A DNA stretch of 57,141 bases, the filler included, from Sphacelaria rigidula (taxonomy: Eukaryota): the NCBI GenBank assembly GCA_964200075.2. It is 7 parts of 7 records of this genome, joined end to end, with 100 filler letters (N's around TTAATTAATTAA, not from the genome) between each part and the next. Parts side by side here need not be neighbours in the genome. Positions count along the whole stretch, not along the records: positions 8,179 to 16,256 come from CAXNAA020012381.1; positions 16,357 to 24,433 come from CAXNAA020012382.1; 5 more parts are not named here. One strand, written 5' to 3'. The notes under the pieces are model-generated. The model was not told the origin of the DNA. It saw nothing but the letters and a program-made list of their open reading frames with translations, and did no database searches. A program made the position numbers and the translations under genes. Shown one piece after another: positions 10,716 through 21,402 of this stretch (position 1 is the stretch's first letter; each line of letters opens with the position of its first letter).

Positions 10716-13700
10716 CCGCGCTCACGGAGGTACAATATACTTGGCAGCAATCGACCTGGGTCTCATCGGCGAAGACCACGACGACGACGTCGAGGATATG
10801 CTGAGCGCACCCGCGAGCGAAGCCGCCGTTGGCGACATTCGAGCCGACGCGTGAAGACGCGCCCCAGGTGCAATCGACCTGAGGAACCTACGCCGACCCA
10901 GCGCCGCCACGATATCCCAGCGTCGCGGAAGCCAACTTCGGGTGACGGGCGAGGTCTGGCACCGACGGCGTCTCCGTCGGCCGTGGCCGACAGAAGTCTT
11001 GTTGGACACGGGAGCGGAAGGTGGCAACTATATGCCAGGAGTGTTGTGGCGCAGCCGACATATCGGTTGCGGTGTCAACCGGGATCGCCGGTGTACTGCA
11101 AACTTGTAAATAGAAGCAAGGAGCAGGTAGCGGTGAAGCCTACTGGCAGTATCGCGCGTATGATAGCGCCGAACGTACGCGACCCCGGCATGTTTCACTC
11201 ACTGGTTGATCCACATCCATCTACGATAGACCCTCCCGTGGACCCCCCACCCCGCGCCTCACGTCCAGACAGTTGCTCGGCCCAGCCAAACCCCAAGGTC
11301 AACGTGACGGACGCCAACATGCGCCAGCTTGGAGAAGCGGAAAAGAGAGAGCTGGTTGACACGCTGTTGAGCTTTTATCGAATCTGGACTGTTCCTCACA
11401 GACACCAAGCGGGTTTCCGCCTATATCAACGGTGAGCTAGAACACCCCCTCACTAACGAGTCATGTACACCATTCGCAGTAAGCAACGCCGATTTTCCCC
11501 GGAGGAACGCCACATGATCCGCCAAGAGATACACAAGCTTCTTGATCGCGGGATCATCCGACCCTCGACCTTTCCGTGGGCAGCCCAATGCCTGTGCGGG
11601 AAAAAAAAAGACGGCAACTTGCGCTTGTGCGTTGATTGGCGTGAACTGAACAAATTCTTAGTGTCGGACAGCGGGGGTGTCAGGGATTCATTTTTGACGG
11701 CCTCAAAGGTAAGCGTTACTTCACCCAACTCGACCTTGCCTCCAGTTTTCACCCAATTGAGATCCCTGAGAAAGACTGCTTCCAAACGGCGTTCCGAGAT
11801 GCAGGTGACCTCTTATATGAGTTCACACGAACAGGATTTGGTCTAACAGTTATATCCGCCGCGTTCACCCGTCGGGTAAAAGGTACGGTAGGACAGTTGG
11901 ATGAGGTGTTCACCTGGCTTGATGATATCCTTGTTTCGACCACATCCTGGGACGAGCATCTAGCTCTGCTCGTGATCGTGTTACAGCGCTTATTGGTCGC
12001 GGGATTCTCGGTGAACCTCGCCTAGTGAATTTTTGGATTGGCGTCGCAACAGTTTCTGGGGATGCTGATAGATGGCAGTGGCCTTCAACGCGCGCCATTC
12101 AAGCTCGCCGCCATCGCCGAAATGCCTAGACCATTCACCGTCGAGGAACTACGTACTTTCCTCGGCCTCACAGGGTACCTGCGCCAGTTCGTTGACAATA
12201 CAGCCTAGAAGCCGCCCTACCGACCTTCTCCGCAACAAAGATTTCGCATCCAAGCGAGCGCGAAAGCTGTCCATACCGTGGAATACCGAGCAGGAGGAGG
12301 CGTTCCAAGTCCTCAAAGTAGCTTTGTCCTCGCCAAAGGCACCAGCCTTCCCCGATCCCAACAACTCGTTTGTAGTGCAGACAGACGCAAGCGAGGTGGG
12401 TGCTGGGGTGGTGCTGCTGCAGCCGGTGGGGTGCGAAACACGCATTGTATCATTTGGCAGCCACCGATTCTCTCGCAACGACTCGCTCAGAGCACCCACG
12501 GCACGAGAGTGATGGTTGTCTTGTGGGCTGTCCAACACTATAGACCATACTCAGCTAGAAGAAGGTTCACGTTGATCACTGACTGTCCGGCACTCATATC
12601 GTTGTTCCGTAGCCGCGATCTCTGTCCCAAGTTGCACAGGTGGGTACTGCAGCTAATGGGCTATGACATCTACCTCCAGCGGCGAGAAGAGTCCCAACAT
12701 GTGCTGCCAGACGCGTTGTCCCGACTCCCACACGCGAGTGAGCCACAGCCCGACATTGATGACTCCTTTCCGGGCGGTTTCACGTCGGACTCGCCGAAAG
12801 AATTCTTAGGCCCACAAGGACCACAACTAGCGGGACAACGGCTGTTGAAACTACAACCAGAAGGAGCGGGTACGTCAGTGAGCGCAGACACAAGTATGCA
12901 CTCATCGCTGAACTCCAACAACCCACATGACATCGCAACCCTAAGGTTACCCCCTTTCTCAGAGTGTGCAGTCATCACCGATAACCAACCCGTCCGCCGC
13001 TCGACTCGTACTCGCAGACCGTCAGTACGCTTGCAACCCCCCGATGCCGCGTGGACGACACCCCTGCCCTTCACTCCTCAAGTGGTCGCCCCGAATCCGC
13101 CCGCAGAGCCAACGCCGATTGAAGTGCCGCTACAGGTGCCGACACCGATCGTTCCGCCGACGACCGTTGAGCGGGTAGAAGTTGGTGAAGTACTCCTAGC
13201 CGGGGGAAAGATACCAACGGGTTAGCAGATCCGGACCCGACGGACACAACGGCGATCGATCGTGCACTACGGATACTCACCAACAAGAGCAACCTCCGGC
13301 ACTACCGACAAGGGGGTCTCTTTGTGAAACAGGTGCAGTCAGATCTTGCCGGCAGCGAAACACCAGAGCCGGTGAGTGAGAGACGATCAGACTACAAAGT
13401 AGACGGGCAAGGTTCAGTGTGGTACCGAGCAGCCGACGATAAGGAGCTGCTAGCTGTCCCGAAAACGATGGTAGCTGACCTGTTAGCACTCGTCTACACA
13501 TTCCATGGACATGTCGGAGTAGGCGCCACCCTTGCTCTGATGCGCGACCGCTTTCATTGGCCTACTATGACGCGTGACACGAGACAGCATGTGCTCTAGT
13601 GCAGCTGTTGACGGCGCAAGAAGGCAAGCAGCCGTCAAATGGCGATGAGACCGGGGCGCATTCTACACCTATGGGCCGAGTTGGAAGTTGACTGACTAGC

Positions 13701-15108
13701 CATTGATGTGATGTCGCACTCACGCAACAAGTACATTCGCTGGTACTTGACCGCGCCTCCCGATTCCCGTTCGGGTTTCCTCTGCCATCAAAGGAAGCGG
13801 ACGAGATCGCACGCATCCTGGCAGAGTTATGCCTAACGTTTAGTGTCTCACAAATGGTGCGCTGCGACAGGGGCAAAGAGTTCAGAGCCGATGCCGTCAC
13901 GCATCTGTGCAGGTGGTTGTAGGCGGACATCGCTTTTGGGCCGTCAGATCACCCACGCGGTCAAGGAGTAGTCGAGCGACTTGGAGGATGGCTGTCAGGC
14001 ATGCTGTCAGAACTATGTAGGCTGTGGCCCCAGAGAAGGGACAAGCATGTCTCACCCGCTCTGGACAAGTATGTCTCACCCGCTCTCTAGATCAAGCGCA
14101 CATCACCTGACACATCGCTCCCCTCTAACATGTCCTCTTTCGAGCTGCTGTTCGGCCGCAAACCGCGCACATCGCTAGACTCGCTCGTGCCCCTCTCACA
14201 AGAAGCAGAACCGACCAAGGGACTAGATGCCTTCGTTGAACAGCGCAAACAGAACCTCCACGAGGTAAGGATGGCGACGGACAAAAGGCAGGCGGCAAAA
14301 GCAGCGTCGCGGAAGAAGGGCAACGCAGCCATCTCGAGACCATCAGCAGGCGTGTCGGTCACGGAGGGGGATCTGGTAATGGTGAGGGAGAGTGAGAGCT
14401 CCACGTACCGAGATGACAGGGGCAGGAAGCTGCAAGACGACAGGTATACGGAACCTTGGACGGTGAAAAAGGTACTGATGATTGGACACAGTCTCGAGTT
14501 GGTGATACAAGGACGAAAACTACGTACTCGCACAGTAGCCCCGTCTGATGTCAAACCGTACCATGTACGGCCGCCGCACTTGAGACACTCCATTGCCGAT
14601 GAGTTAGCACAGTTTGCATGGGGATCGGACTTCAAGATGTCGTCTTCGCCTAACTCCACACCCCACCTCCTCACCCTAGTGAACCGCCGCGAGTACAAAT
14701 CAGGGAAAGGACGTGCAGGTTGGGAGTACCAAGGAAGGACTCAGGAGGGGGCGACGTCAGAGTGGCTTCCGGAGAGCAAAGTCCTGGAAAGCTTCACATC
14801 CCTGCAACTGGATGAATTTCACGCACTTTGGTACCACTACCACCCAGCCAAAGACACCAAGTACGCCGTCTCGCCCGAGCATCCGCTATGCCCCCCTGTC
14901 GCGCAGTGATGCCCTGAACTTGTTCCCCATCGGTTTCACGTTCTGGAAGAATTTCGGTGTGGTCAAGCAGAGGGGACAAGTGTTCGACTACGGCAAGCGT
15001 TTCTGGAGAGTGCGATACGACGATGGGGACTGGGAGGAGTTGTCATGGAGAGAACTCCAACCGCTAGCGCAGTCGAGCGAGAGGACAACACCGACAGCCA
15101 CGAGCTAG
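8573..15108 (+). mobile_element. Decayed Ty3/Gypsy LTR retrotransposon (gag-like, PR, RT, RNase H, IN, chromo-like and Tudor-like C-terminus)
   Basis: Domain order PR-RT-RH-IN. Protease EVLLDTGAEGGNYM (DTG at 11005-11013). RT: IIRPSTFPWAA...GNLRLCVDWRELN, FTQLDLASSF, FTWLDDILV (WLDD at 11915-11926). RNase H: FVVQTDASEVGAGVVL, FTLITDC. Integrase: HGHVG...FHWPTMTRD, VLDRASRF, RCDRGKEF, GVVERLGG. Many frameshifts and stops. Confidence 0.92.
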
Positions 15109-16410
15109 GAAGCGGCGTAATGGGAAAAAACAGAGAATGACACTGGATGGGACGAAGCGTAGAGGATCAATCTTCTAACACGGTGCCTTGAGAACGTGTA
15201 GTTCTACATACTTTTGTTTCCAGCTTTCATGTTTAGTAGCTCGATTTTCTTTCTTCTATTGTATATGTTTTGGGAAGGAAGTACGAGTCGTCTCTTGAGT
15301 CTCTTTTTTCTTCTTCTTTCTCTTCCCCCTTCTTATATATATACTTTTGGTGGATGGACCTTGTTGAATTAGCCGTGTCTTTGTCTTCGCTGGGTTCTGT
15401 AGCCTCTTTTGCTTGTTTTCTATAGCCTTTTTGTCCTATAGCGCCTGCGCGGCTCTTCTGTTTCCTTACAGCTTGGTTTTCTCGTCCTGAATAGATGCGG
15501 AGTTCTCATTCGCTATGTATCTGCATGATATAGATACATATATATATTTCCTTCTCAGGCTTGGATCCTTTTTTCTTGTCTCTTTTCTTTTTCTTTTCTC
15601 TTTGGTCGGTCCTAGGTCCGATTCATGTTTTGTTTTTGCTGTTTTTCGCAGTCTCCGTGACTGGGAATCCGACTTTAGGGTGCCCCACCCTTTTCGAGTA
15701 GAACAATTCATGTCGTAGAATTTGCATTGCACAAGAAGGGCGGGCACCGAGTACCTGTTTGGATACTGTATCATGACGGAACTCTTGATCTAAGATGTAG
15801 GAGCCCCCGATGTCCAGTCGGTCAGCGGTTGCTGGTCGACGGGAGGAAAGCCTACGCACTCCCATCAACCAGCAAACGTATTGTGTTTTTTTAGTGGGTC
15901 AGCTTCTTGCGATTCCTACACTACCCAGGATTGGTGTACCCAATCAGGGGTGTCTAAGTGTCGCTACCATCTGAAAATAGTGCTCGACTATTCTCAGTGG
16001 TTTCTGTTCGCAGTGTAACTGGGATCCCGGGACGACATACGAGCTGGGCTAGCCTAGAGGTGGATTGGAAGTTTGCAGGCGAATGCGCCGGCCAATATTT
16101 AGAGTTGGATCAAATTTGGTATGAACAATGCGTAGGGCATGAAAAAATTGGAAATAAGCACCATAAGTTTTTTTCGTGAGTTAACCCTTTTGGGACCGGG
16201 CCTCCAGAACGACCAATGAGGCTGGTCAGGAATGACGTGTCTGGCGTCTAAACGAANNNNNNNNNNNNNNNNNNNNNNNNNNNNNNNNNNNNNNNNNNNN
16301 TTAATTAATTAANNNNNNNNNNNNNNNNNNNNNNNNNNNNNNNNNNNNNNNNNNNNAAGGGGCTCCTAACAATTCTAATCTCAGAAACTATTTCTGTACC
16401 CCTACCGTAG

Positions 16411-17774
16411 CATCACTCAGAAACGGACGAAGACCGCTCCAACCTCTTCCACCCAAGCATCGGAGCTCCACAAGAAGGCTAAGAAGCTCCACAAGAAGGC
16501 TAAGAAGCTCCACGAGGAGGCCAAGAAGACTTCCGCGCCACCCAGCATGGCCTCCGCCTCGACCCCTGTAGCCGTGAGTGTATACAAAATCCCCTCGCTT
16601 GAATGCATGTTGAGCAAAGCCCCAACTCTCTTTCGATGTGCTAAAGAGGAGGGCTTTGAACCGTTTTAACAATTGCTGGTGAGCCCTGGTGCGGCGGAGT
16701 CTGCTCGCTCGGCCCCAGCGGCGGTGGACAAAGGAGCGGCTGCTACCGCCAGTGCGAAGAAAGTCTCCATGAGAGGCAAACTTTTTGCGAGGAGCTACAC
16801 ACCGATTATCGAGGTGACGTGGCGTAAAATGGGCACGGCGAGGGTGCTCGAGGGGAAAAGGATGTGTGTGTGCGAGACAGGAAGAGGGTGAAGTTGAACT
16901 CACGCCGTCGCATAAATCCACACTGTAATATTATTTGCTTGGCGTCAGGGCAAATGGGGCTACGGGAGCGAGGGGAGCGAAAATTTCCCGCTGGGCGCGT
17001 ACAAGACACGGAGGACGAGATCGTTCAATCGTGGAGATCAGTGCAAGCTTGAAGTGTTCAAGACGGCGAAAGGCAAACTTGGCGACGTGTTGCCGCTATA
17101 TTCCGGTAACTACATCGGCACCTTCGCGTTTGGTTGCATCGGCAGGTGAGGTTGAGCTACTGTTTCCCATTTTTTGCTGAAAATTACTGTACGTCTGATC
17201 TTCCCTGGCGTCGTCTCTTTCAGCAAATAAACCTGTCCCTGTGCCTACCACCATATCCACCCCTGAAATGACCAGTACACAGGAGAATATCACACTGGAG
17301 TTCCAAACCTCTGGCACCGATTTGAAAGTCCATGGCCATGGTGAGAACATTTGCGGCACCTTCACCATCACGGGCACCGTCACCGAGACCGGCGGCATCG
17401 AGATCTTCAAGTCTTCCTGGGGCCGCCCTGTCAATGTGAGGCAATTGTTTTTGTACCCGTGAGGAGTACGCACACATTCTTTTTCTACCATACTTCGTTT
17501 TGTAAAAATAACAATTGTCTGCCGTGTTGCTCTACAACCGCTGCTGGTGCTAAAGGAGGAGATCAAGAAGCTGGCGAGTTACAATGATGACGCAGCCAAG
17601 ATGGCCCTTGCCCCCAAACGCCTCGTCAAATTTACCCCAGAGCGCTGGATTAACGTCTCGGAGGAACCCCCCGACCTCAGGCACATAACGGATACTCGGT
17701 TTACCACGCCTGAGCCTCCCTTTCAACTCTTTCTTCGGGTCCTCGTCAACATGTCTTCTCTTCTGCTTCTTTGA
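16411..17774 (+). pseudogene. Multi-exon gene of unknown function, 5'-truncated and probably damaged; partner of the tyrosine-recombinase gene
   Basis: Putative exons: 16411-16573 (KKLHKKA x3), about 16679-16813 (acceptor apparently mutated), 16949-17145 (GKWGYG...LPLYSGNYIGTFAF), 17224-17435 (ENITLEF...VHGHGENICGTFTITG...IEIFK) and 17556-17774. Donors are GTGAGT/GTGACG/GTGAGG and introns are short. A 1-nt frame mismatch near 17130-17145 implies a lesion. Confidence 0.55.
16466..16528 (+). repeat. 21-bp coding tandem repeat x3 (AAGAAGCTCCACAAGAAGGCT)
   Basis: Directly visible; encodes ELHKKAKKLHKKAKKLHEEAKK. Confidence 0.85.
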
Positions 17775-18419
17775 GAGCACTTTGAGGTCAGGCAAAATAC
17801 ACTCCTTTTCTACCTCGACAACGTAAAGTGCGTGCATCTCCCTCAAAATTTCCAACTTTCCTGCGTCGGATTCAGCCGTGCTCCTCTCAAGTCTCTCTTT
17901 CTTTACCGGGACCTTGACTGCAGTCGTGATGGCCGGGCGCTTTTGGCCCGTGACCGTCGCCGTCAAATCCGGCGCTCTCAACTCCGCTAGCCTCCGCTCC
18001 TGCTCTCTAATTCTTTCTTTTGTTTCCTCTCGTTCAACTTCAATAGCTAACTCTTCCTCCCGTTTTTTGTTGGCTAAGTATTCCGGATCATTGTCTACAC
18101 ACATCGGACTGGCACCCCTTGCCCCCATCAGCGCTACAGAAACCTGTTGCATGATCTGCTGAACGAATCCAGCCAACCCCCCTGGCCCAAAACAATCATT
18201 CAAAGTAATCGATGTATTTTTCTGTTCCCGCAGCATGTTACTAAATGTCTGCTGTCCCTCCCCCTCAAAAAACTCCAAGAATTTTAAAGTGCCTTCTTTT
18301 TCACCGACTCCCACGACCGATCCCTCGTTTTCATCATCTCCCATAATCGACCCCACCAAGCCATAATTGTCATGCACAAACGTTTTCGATTTGGTCATGT
18401 CCAAGTCTGCCTTCACCAT

Positions 18420-19130
18420 GTCGTACGTTTTCTCACGGTAAAACTAGCCGCGTCTTGCGAGAGCGAAAATATCTTTAATTTCCGGATCATCGTACTTCTT
18501 TCCTTGGTCAATCGCCTTGATCAGAACAGCAGTGACGTGCATAGACCGCAAAATATTGGGACCAAACGAAGGCAAACCAAGGCAATACTTCCCCACGTAC
18601 TTGAACAGATTGTAAAGCTGCGTCCTGCTATAGTTCTTACCGAACTTAGTGATGGGACCAATATTCTCGCCCAACTCAACTTCGTACTTCTTCTCTTCGC
18701 TGGCAATTTTTTTATCCGATGCGCCCGATTTCCTCAGTGCCGTGGTCGCCTCGCTAAGCTTGGTCTTGAGAAGCACTCGCATCAATCGCTGGCCGATCAT
18801 TAGCATGATAGCATACGGACCTGTCGATACAAACGAGGTGGTTCGAATATTTTCTCATGATGCACATGTACACACACACTCGACCACACGTCCTGTATCC
18901 TCTCACAACAAGGCAAGCCGCGCGAAATCCCAAACTCACCTTTGCAATTTGAATGTTTTGTGTGATTCACCACAAGACCATGTACGCTTCGGGCCAGCTC
19001 CTCCGCATTCTTACCATCGGTCGGCAAGATGGCCCGGAGTAGGCCGTTGAAGATGTGGAAGTCTCGTGCTTTACAGCCCAAAATGTCTTGAGGACGCAGG
19101 CACGGAGCCGAAGTTGCATCCAACATGGCC
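18420..19130 (-). other. Tyrosine recombinase catalytic domain (split by intron 18821-18939)
   Basis: Ordered motifs: APCLRPQDI (R at 19094-96), TDGKN (K at 19010-12), ITKFGKNYSRTQLYNLFKYVGKYCLGLPSFGPNILRS (HxxR-equivalent NILR, R at 18546-48), ALARRG* (H-equivalent position) and REKTYD (Y at 18423-25). Confidence 0.72.
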
Positions 19131-21103
19131 AACGCACAATTGAACGTAGTCCATTGCTTCAGAGTAATTCCCCCTAGCTTCCTTGTAACCCTTTCGATGT
19201 TTTCTCGTTCAACCGAGGGATACAAATGTGCTTCATCCGTGCGCTCTTCGATCAAACCCTCGTCCATTTCCAATACCCGGTAGCAGACATCCAAATCCTC
19301 TTCATTCACCAAGTTCATGATAGGATCCAGACCATTCCTCTTCAACAGTTTCCGCATGAATCTTATGAGCCTATTGGCCTTTTCGCTCCCCGGCTCACGG
19401 CATCGCCCGTTTTTTTTCTTCGGACCAAACCCCATCCTTTGCCGCCTGTTTTCCCAAAGGGTTGCGTCACGTTTTTTCTCCTTTGCTACTGGCTCGTAGC
19501 CTTCGTACAACATTTCTATGACATCAGTGTCCACCTTTCGAGTTGAACTATACTCAAACGCCTTCTCAAACGCGACTATATGTTTTCTCGTGGGGCTGAC
19601 CCTGTTGCACGGAACGACAAAGAGACGGGAAGCGAACGGGGATACACATGATTCATGAGGCTAAGGTTTATGTTCTGCACACGTGAATATTTTTTCCTGC
19701 AAAATAAACGGAAGTCCTCCGAGCAAAAGATATCCCAAAAAATAGTACAAAAACTACGCACACAATACAACCCTCACCTGCTCCCATTCTCCGAAGTCGG
19801 TTTCATGTCCTTCCCGGCACGGCTGAACAGCATCAACCTATACAGCGGGACGTGCGAGTACCATTTGCACATGTCATCCGAGTCCCTCGCCCTTGCCAGA
19901 AGCGCTCTTGTGGCCAACCCGTACCCCTTACTCCCGACCTTTCCCCTTTCGCAGATGAACGTCGTCATGTCCATCTCCCAATGTTCAAGCTTGACTCCAG
20001 GCGGAAGCTCGGTGTGATCACCACCCGCTGACAATGGAGCCATGCACGACTCCATGCACACGGGTCGGCCCAGTCGGTACGCAGACTGTGCCCCTCTGAT
20101 GTAGCGGTTGACCGTGTGCAGATGATCCCCGTGGAAATCCATCCGCTTCTGCATGAGGCCGCTGTAGCCGGCCTTCGCGAATCGATCCAGACCCAGAAAT
20201 CCAGAAAGAGAATTGGCTTCCCCAATTTCCTTCTGAAGGTCTTTGTCCGAACCGAGGAGCGCAAGTTCGTGTATGTTGATGATGTCCGCAGTCGCGGATT
20301 GCTTGACTTTGTCCAACGTCAACTTGCGTAACGCCTTCGCCTCCTCTCCTTTGGCCTCCCCCAGCTCGATGGGCTGCTTCTTTCGCTTGATCTTTGGATC
20401 GTTCATAATGAACTTGTAGACGTGGACGTAGGCGAAGCACAAGATATCGCAAATCACCAGCTCCACCCGTTTCCGTTCCTCCTCCAGTTTGACGACTTTG
20501 AGACCGTCGGCGTGCTCCAGAATGTCGAGCGTGGTGCACCATTTGACCGTCCCGCTTTCCTTGCGAGACTTGCCAGCGGCATGTAGCTTGAACTCCCTGT
20601 AGCCCTTGCCGTCTCTGCGTTCGCTAACCACCACCCACGTCTTCCCTTTGAGTGTAACCACTGTCCCATCGGCCGTTGTCCCATCGTCATGAGGACTAAA
20701 ATCCCTCACGGCAATCCCGTAGAGCCGCCAATCATCCTTCTCGAGCATTCGCAAAGTGTCTTCAGCAATAGCTTCGCCCCTCTTCATTGCTCGCACCGCT
20801 TCCACCACCAACCCCAACGTGAGATATCTGTCGTCCAAGAACGGCTGATTTTTTTGGTTCGCTTTCGCACCTTCCTTTGCTTCCTGGATGTTCTCAGCCA
20901 CCGTCTTCTCCTCATCCTCACCCTCTTGACCGCCCGGTTGATCAGGTTCGGTTTTAACGAGGGGTTGGTGCCACGGCCTAGCGGCTCTCGTCCTAGCTGC
21001 GCGCGTGACCACAGCATCATCAGCTCCACCACCCGCGTCTTCGCCGTCACTAGCTCCACCATCCGTGTCACCACCTTCTTCTGTCGGGGCAGCACGCGCG
21101 CTC

Positions 21104-21402
21104 TCGCATCCGGGGCAGTACCACTGTTTGAAACACGACACACGGGGCAAAAAGGAATACATTTTGAGTGCAATTTTGTGGCAACCGATCGTAAATGTAC
21201 TCATGTGGGCACCGAAAAGAAACGAAAAACGGTAGCAAAACATAAGCCAAACACCAAAAAAGCAAATCAAAACAAATCTCACCATCTCATCGGTGTCCTC
21301 GTCTGGCTCCGCCCCCAAGCACTCTAGATGCCAGCACCCATCGCAGTCGTCGCAAACCATCAGGCCTCCATCACCATCGAAGTGTTGGTCACACTCCTTG
21401 CA
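21104..21402 (-). other. PHD finger (C4HC3), split by the 159-bp intron 21124-21282
   Basis: Spliced: CKECDQHFDGDGGLMVCDDCDGCWHLECLGAEPDEDTDEM|WYCPGC. Confidence 0.88.
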
